DNA of 64,000 nucleotides, from contig NZ_CALKTT010000093.1 of assembly GCF_937997535.1 (NCBI RefSeq), positions 46,604-110,603 of the forward strand, given 5' to 3'. The stretch comes from an uncultured Campylobacter sp. Lineage in GTDB: Bacteria; Campylobacterota; Campylobacteria; Campylobacterales; Campylobacteraceae. Shown piece after piece: positions 59,828-64,000 of the stretch; positions within the stretch are counted from its first letter, which is position 1; each line of letters begins with the position of its first letter. The position numbers were made by a program, and so were the translations under genes. The notes below the pieces were generated by a model that saw only the letters and a program-made list of their open reading frames with translations, had not been told where the DNA came from and did no database searches.

Positions 59828-60319
59828 ATGACGACCGAACCAATGACGCTTTACGGATATGAAAAGATCACCTCCGAGCTCAAGGAGCTTCAGAGCGTGA
59901 AGCTGCCTCACATCGTGCAGCAGATCGACATCGCGCGCGGACACGGCGATCTGAAAGAAAACGCCGAGTACCACGCAGCGCGCGAAGAGCAGGCGTTTTT
60001 GCTCTCGCGTATCGCCGAGCTTAGCGATATCGTTTCTCGCTCAAAAATCATCGATCCCTCGACCTACGAGCACGACCGCGTAAAATTCGGCTCCACCGTT
60101 ACCTTTATGGACGTGGAGACCGAGCGGGAGGAGGTTTACACGATCGTAGGCCTTAGCGAGGCAGATATCTCGCGTAAGCTCATCAATATTAATACGCCGC
60201 TTGCACGCCAGCTTTTAGGCAAAGCAGAGGGCGATGAGGTTGTGCTTCAGCTACCATCAGGCACGCGCGACGTGGAAATTCTAAGCGTCGAATACAAGCC
60301 GATTAAATTTGAGAATTAG
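59828..60319 (+). CDS. greA: transcription elongation factor GreA
   Basis: [16 protein letters not shown] and the C-terminal FKBP-like domain. Confidence 0.95.
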   Translation: MTTEPMTLYGYEKITSELKELQSVKLPHIVQQIDIARGHGDLKENAEYHAAREEQAFLLSRIAELSDIVSRSKIIDPSTYEHDRVKFGSTVTFMDVETEREEVYTIVGLSEADISRKLININTPLARQLLGKAEGDEVVLQLPSGTRDVEILSVEYKPIKFEN

Positions 60320-60320
60320 C

Positions 60321-61328
60321 GTGAAAAAAGTAGGCATCATCGGCGTTAGCGGCTATACCGGGCTTGAACTGATTAAAATTCTACTTTCCCATACGAGCTT
60401 TGAAATTTCATATTTGGGCGCCTCTACGCAGGGCGAGATAAGCGAAATTTTTCCGCAGCTTCGCGGCGTGTTTGAGATGCGCGTAGAAGCCGCGGATGCT
60501 CGCGTTGCGGCACAAAGATGTGATCTTATTTTTTTAGCGTTGCCGCATGAAAAAGCGATGGAATTTGCCCGCGAAATTTTAAAATTTAAAAACGTCAAGG
60601 TAGTCGATCTATCGGCTGATTACCGCCTAAGCCGCGAGCTTTACGAGAAGAATTACACCACGCATTTAGACCCGCAAAATTTATCTCACGCCGTTTACGG
60701 ACTGCCCGAGCTAAATCGCGAGAAGATCCGCGCGGCGCGGCTTACGGCAAATCCGGGCTGCTATCCCACCTGCTCCATTTTGGCGCTCGCGCCGTTCGTG
60801 CAGCTACTCGATCCCGGTATCGGCGTATTTATCGACGCAAAAAGCGGAGTAAGCGGCGCAGGCAAGGCTCTTAAAACGAGCAGCCATTTCGTAAGCGCGA
60901 ACGAAAACGCAAATGCCTACTCGCCGATCTCGCATCGCCACGCAGACGAGATCAAAGAGCAGCTGCAAATTTTAAAAGGCGGCGAATTTAGCACGCTTTT
61001 CGTGCCGAATTTGCTGCCGATTACGCGCGGAATGCTGGTTAGCGCGTTTGGCGTACTGCAAAAGAGCGTGGATGCAGAGGCGGTGCTGCGGGAGTTTTAC
61101 GCAAATGAGCCTTTCGTGCGCGTCCGAAGCGAGCCCGTGAGTATAAAAAACGTCGCAGGGACGCACTTTTGCGATATTTTTGTAAAAACTACGGGCGATA
61201 AAATTTGGATCAACTCGGCGATCGATAATCTTTTGCGCGGGGCCTCGTCGCAGGCGGTCGCAAACGCAAATTTAATGTGCGGATTCGCCGAAGCTACGGC
61301 GTTGCCGCGTATCGCACACGGAATTTAA
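60321..61328 (+). CDS. argC: N-acetyl-gamma-glutamyl-phosphate reductase
   Basis: VGIIGVSGYTG NAD-binding motif and the catalytic NPGCYPT. GTG 60321 is preferred; TTG 60309 is also open. Confidence 0.92.
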   Translation: MKKVGIIGVSGYTGLELIKILLSHTSFEISYLGASTQGEISEIFPQLRGVFEMRVEAADARVAAQRCDLIFLALPHEKAMEFAREILKFKNVKVVDLSADYRLSRELYEKNYTTHLDPQNLSHAVYGLPELNREKIRAARLTANPGCYPTCSILALAPFVQLLDPGIGVFIDAKSGVSGAGKALKTSSHFVSANENANAYSPISHRHADEIKEQLQILKGGEFSTLFVPNLLPITRGMLVSAFGVLQKSVDAEAVLREFYANEPFVRVRSEPVSIKNVAGTHFCDIFVKTTGDKIWINSAIDNLLRGASSQAVANANLMCGFAEATALPRIAHGI

Positions 61329-61371
61329 GCGATGAACTTTTTTGCAAAAGTCGTTACGCGCGGGAGCCTAG

Positions 61372-62106
61372 ATGCAAAATGATCAAATTCAGGCGATAAA
61401 ACCGGGCGCGATCTTTATCGGCGATGCGCACGCGGGCGCGAGCAGACCGCAATTTTTGAAATTTCTGCGCGCGCTGAAGGCTGAGCCTACGCCGCCACCC
61501 CAAATTTTTATGATGGGCGATATGTTTGATTTTTTGGCAAACACGACCTACGTGCAGCGCTTCTACGAAGAGGAGATCGCGCTAATAAACGAGCTGTCGC
61601 AAAAATGCGAAATTTTTTACTTTGAGGGCAACCACGATTTTAATCTGCGCGAAATTTTCCCCCGCGCAATAGTTTATCCAAACGCCGCGCAGCCCGTTAA
61701 ATTTATCTACGAGAGCGACGAGGCGGTGCAGATCGCGCACGGCGATCTGTTTTTGCCGCGTCTGACGCAGTTTGCGCTGCTTTCGCTGCGAAATAGAGTT
61801 TTTCTGAAATTTATGGATCTGCTAGATCGCGCTTTAAAATTTAAAATTTCAAAGATAATCTTAAAATCGCAAAAAGGGAAAAATCTATACAGAAAAATGC
61901 CGGATTTCAAGGCCATAATCGCGCCGAAGATCGATTTTTACGCGGCAAATTTAATCGTCGAGGGGCACTATCATCAAGATGAGATTTTATATTTCGGCAA
62001 GAAAAAATATATAAATTTATGCTCGTTCGGGGCTGGGAGCAAAATTTACGAGGTCGCAAAAAGCGAAAAATTTATGCTAATTCCAAAAAACTTAAACTTA
62101 AATTAG
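61372..62106 (+). CDS. LpxH-like metallophosphoesterase (UDP-2,3-diacylglucosamine hydrolase family)
   Basis: MPE motifs IGDAHAG, MGDMFDF, EGNHDF, HGD, EGHYHQ. Confidence 0.75.
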   Translation: MQNDQIQAIKPGAIFIGDAHAGASRPQFLKFLRALKAEPTPPPQIFMMGDMFDFLANTTYVQRFYEEEIALINELSQKCEIFYFEGNHDFNLREIFPRAIVYPNAAQPVKFIYESDEAVQIAHGDLFLPRLTQFALLSLRNRVFLKFMDLLDRALKFKISKIILKSQKGKNLYRKMPDFKAIIAPKIDFYAANLIVEGHYHQDEILYFGKKKYINLCSFGAGSKIYEVAKSEKFMLIPKNLNLN

Positions 62107-62137
62107 CTATAATTCCTAAATTTTTGCGAGGATATTT

Positions 62138-62761
62138 ATGATAAAGCTTTGTGTTTTCGACTTTGATTCTACGCTGATGGACGGCGAGACGATAGGTTTT
62201 TTCGCCGCTAAAATGGGCACGCAGCGACAAGTTAGCGAAATTACGAAGCGCGCGATGGCGGGAGAGCTTGATTTTTTCGAGAGCCTTAGCGAGCGCGTGG
62301 CGCTTATAAAGGGGATGAAGCTTAGCGATGCCAAAGCTATCGCGGAAAGCCTGCCTTTTGTTTGCGGCGCTAGCGAGATCATCGCGTATCTGAAAAATAA
62401 AGGCATAAAGGTGATCGTCTTTAGCGGCGGATTTCATCTTGCTACCGATGCCGCGCAGAAAAAACTAGGCTTTGACGCGAGCTTTGCGAACTATCTGCAT
62501 GAAAAGGACGGAATTTTAACCGGGCTTTTCGGCGGCGAGATGATGTTTGGATACTCAAAAGGCGCGCTGCTTGCGCAGCTTAAATCTCTGATGGGGCTAG
62601 ATACTAGCGAGATAATGTGCGTGGGAGACGGCGCGAACGACGTTTCGATGTTTCGCGAGGCAGGACTTAGAATCGCCTTTTGCGCGAATGAAATTTTAAA
62701 AGAACACGCAAGCGTTTGCATTGAAAAAAAGGATTTGAAGGAGATTATGAAATATGTATGA
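62138..62761 (+). CDS. serB: phosphoserine phosphatase
   Basis: HAD motif I FDFDSTLMDGE, plus SGGF and GDGANDV. Confidence 0.88.
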   Translation: MIKLCVFDFDSTLMDGETIGFFAAKMGTQRQVSEITKRAMAGELDFFESLSERVALIKGMKLSDAKAIAESLPFVCGASEIIAYLKNKGIKVIVFSGGFHLATDAAQKKLGFDASFANYLHEKDGILTGLFGGEMMFGYSKGALLAQLKSLMGLDTSEIMCVGDGANDVSMFREAGLRIAFCANEILKEHASVCIEKKDLKEIMKYV

Positions 62762-63761
62762 TAAAGCCCTAAATTTCAGCCTTTGGTGCGACTTTTTGGA
62801 GCGCGATTTTATCGATAAAGATTTCGACGAGCTGATCAAAAAAGGGATAATTAACGGCGCGACTTCCAATCCCGCGATCTTTAAAAACGCGATCCTAAGC
62901 TCCCCAGCATACGATGCGGCCAAAGAGGAATTTAGAAAAAAAGAACCTAAAAAGCTGTATGAAATTTTAGCTACCGCGGACATCAGAAGCGCGGCGGAGA
63001 GCCTGCTTAAAAATTTTATCAACGGCGATGACGGCTTTGTGAGCATCGAGGTCGATCCATATTTCGCAGACGACGCCGAGGCGATGTATCGCGAAGGCAA
63101 ACACCTATATGGCACGATCGGCATGCCAAACGTTATGATCAAAATCCCTGCGACCAAGGCAGGCTACGAAGCGATGCGCGATCTACTGAAAAAGGGGATC
63201 AGCGTAAACGCGACCTTGGTTTTTTCGCCTGAGCAGACCGTAAAATGTATCGAGGCTATAAAAGAGGGTATCGCGGGCTTTCGACGCTATTTTCCGAAAG
63301 CAAATTTACCAAAAACCGTAATTAGCATCTTCGTTAGCCGCTTCGATAGGTTACTGGATGAAAAAATGGCCGCGTCGGGCCTTCCTACCGGCAAAATCGG
63401 CACGATGAACGCTTCAAAATGCTACAATATCATCGCTAAAGAAAATTTAAACTACGTAAAACCGCTGTTTGCGAGTACGGGCGTAAAAGGAGACGATCTG
63501 CCGAAGGATTACTACGTAAGCGAGCTGATGTATCCGGGCTGCGTAAATACCGCGCCGCTTGAGACGATAGAGGCCTTTATAAGCGGCGATCAAAAACCTA
63601 AAATGCCGCCGAGCGATGAAGAGATAGAGCATTTTTTTGCCCGAGTAGCGGATGCGAAGATCGATATGAAAAAGGCGTATAAAAAGTTGTTGGATGACGG
63701 ACTAACGGCTTTTGAAGAGGCATTTAAAGAGATAATAAAAACACTTAAAAAGGAGAAATGA
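62754..63761 (+). CDS. tal: transaldolase
   Basis: GATSNPAIF and MIKIPAT (Schiff-base Lys region). Confidence 0.9.
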   Translation: MYDKALNFSLWCDFLERDFIDKDFDELIKKGIINGATSNPAIFKNAILSSPAYDAAKEEFRKKEPKKLYEILATADIRSAAESLLKNFINGDDGFVSIEVDPYFADDAEAMYREGKHLYGTIGMPNVMIKIPATKAGYEAMRDLLKKGISVNATLVFSPEQTVKCIEAIKEGIAGFRRYFPKANLPKTVISIFVSRFDRLLDEKMAASGLPTGKIGTMNASKCYNIIAKENLNYVKPLFASTGVKGDDLPKDYYVSELMYPGCVNTAPLETIEAFISGDQKPKMPPSDEEIEHFFARVADAKIDMKKAYKKLLDDGLTAFEEAFKEIIKTLKKEK

Positions 63762-64000
63762 TGGCGGGTTCTATAGATTATTCGCAGTATCAAGTTGACG
63801 CTTCTACACTGGATTTTAAGCAGCGAGACAGGCTAAATAAATATCTGGAATTTCTAATCCAAAACGGCGGTAGCGACCTTCATATAAAATCGGGCGCGGT
63901 TATCAGGGGTCGTATCCATGGCGAGCTGGTAAAATTTAGCAAAACGCCATTTTTGAAAGAAGATGCGATGACGCTAGCTAAGGAGCTTCTCATCACGCGC
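63761..64000 (+). CDS. PilT-like type II/IV secretion ATPase, 3' end cut by window edge
   Basis: Open frame MAGSIDYSQ..FLIQNGGSDLHIKSGAVIRGRIHGEL.. runs to the window end. This is a typical T2SSE/PilT N-terminus. Not in the ORF track because there is no stop in the window. Confidence 0.65.
   Translation, partial: MAGSIDYSQYQVDASTLDFKQRDRLNKYLEFLIQNGGSDLHIKSGAVIRGRIHGELVKFSKTPFLKEDAMTLAKELLITR

Overview
Chromosomal window from a fairly GC-rich, non-jejuni Campylobacter (rectus/showae/curvus/gracilis-like; species cannot be fixed by eye). The backbone is housekeeping. It starts with purA (partial), DUF507, carA, an orphan response regulator, addB-addA, rplM-rpsI, a cadF-like OmpA porin, a HAD phosphatase and tRNA-Gln. 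A long block follows that matches my recollection of C. jejuni Cj0094-Cj0118 gene order: rplU-rpmA-obg, fmt, birA, parAB, atpF'FHAGDC, tolQRA-tolB-pal-cpoB, slyD, fabD, pfs and a ttcA-like gene. Next come an aldehyde dehydrogenase, thiL, a beta-propeller protein, a DUF417 membrane protein and a periplasmic isoaspartyl peptidase. A minus-strand block (49-58.5 kb) holds a two-component system, a periplasmic helical protein, sodC, modAB-modD, a nitroreductase, tcdA, surE and a lipoprotein. The window ends with lpxB, greA, argC, an LpxH-like phosphoesterase, serB, tal and the start of a pilT-like ATPase. No rRNA, CRISPR array, transposase or integrase was seen. Main points of interest: (1) A ~3.8 kb accessory insertion (44.4-48.4 kb) lies beside the isoaspartyl peptidase gene and is bounded by a duplicated 3' end of that gene. 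It carries a frameshifted Hcp/Sel1-like secreted protein with a promoter poly-G tract, plus a split RNA end-healing/sealing cassette (P-loop kinase fused to a nucleotidyltransferase ligase, followed by a stand-alone metallophosphoesterase). (2) A 14-bp perfect palindrome, AAATTTTAAAATTT, occurs at least 13 times, and degenerate AAATT-box arrays fill most long intergenic spacers. (3) Hydrophilic low-complexity in-frame insertions, built from the same AAATT-type DNA, sit inside housekeeping enzymes (AddB, HAD phosphatase, ThiL, LpxB, a beta-propeller protein). (4) Several frameshifts fall exactly on short A/T homopolymers. These could be real contingency or pseudogene events, or assembly errors. 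(5) A stand-alone paralog of the TolA C-terminal domain lies between tolA and tolB. All calls come from manual reading of the ORF translations and the DNA; no database search was run.
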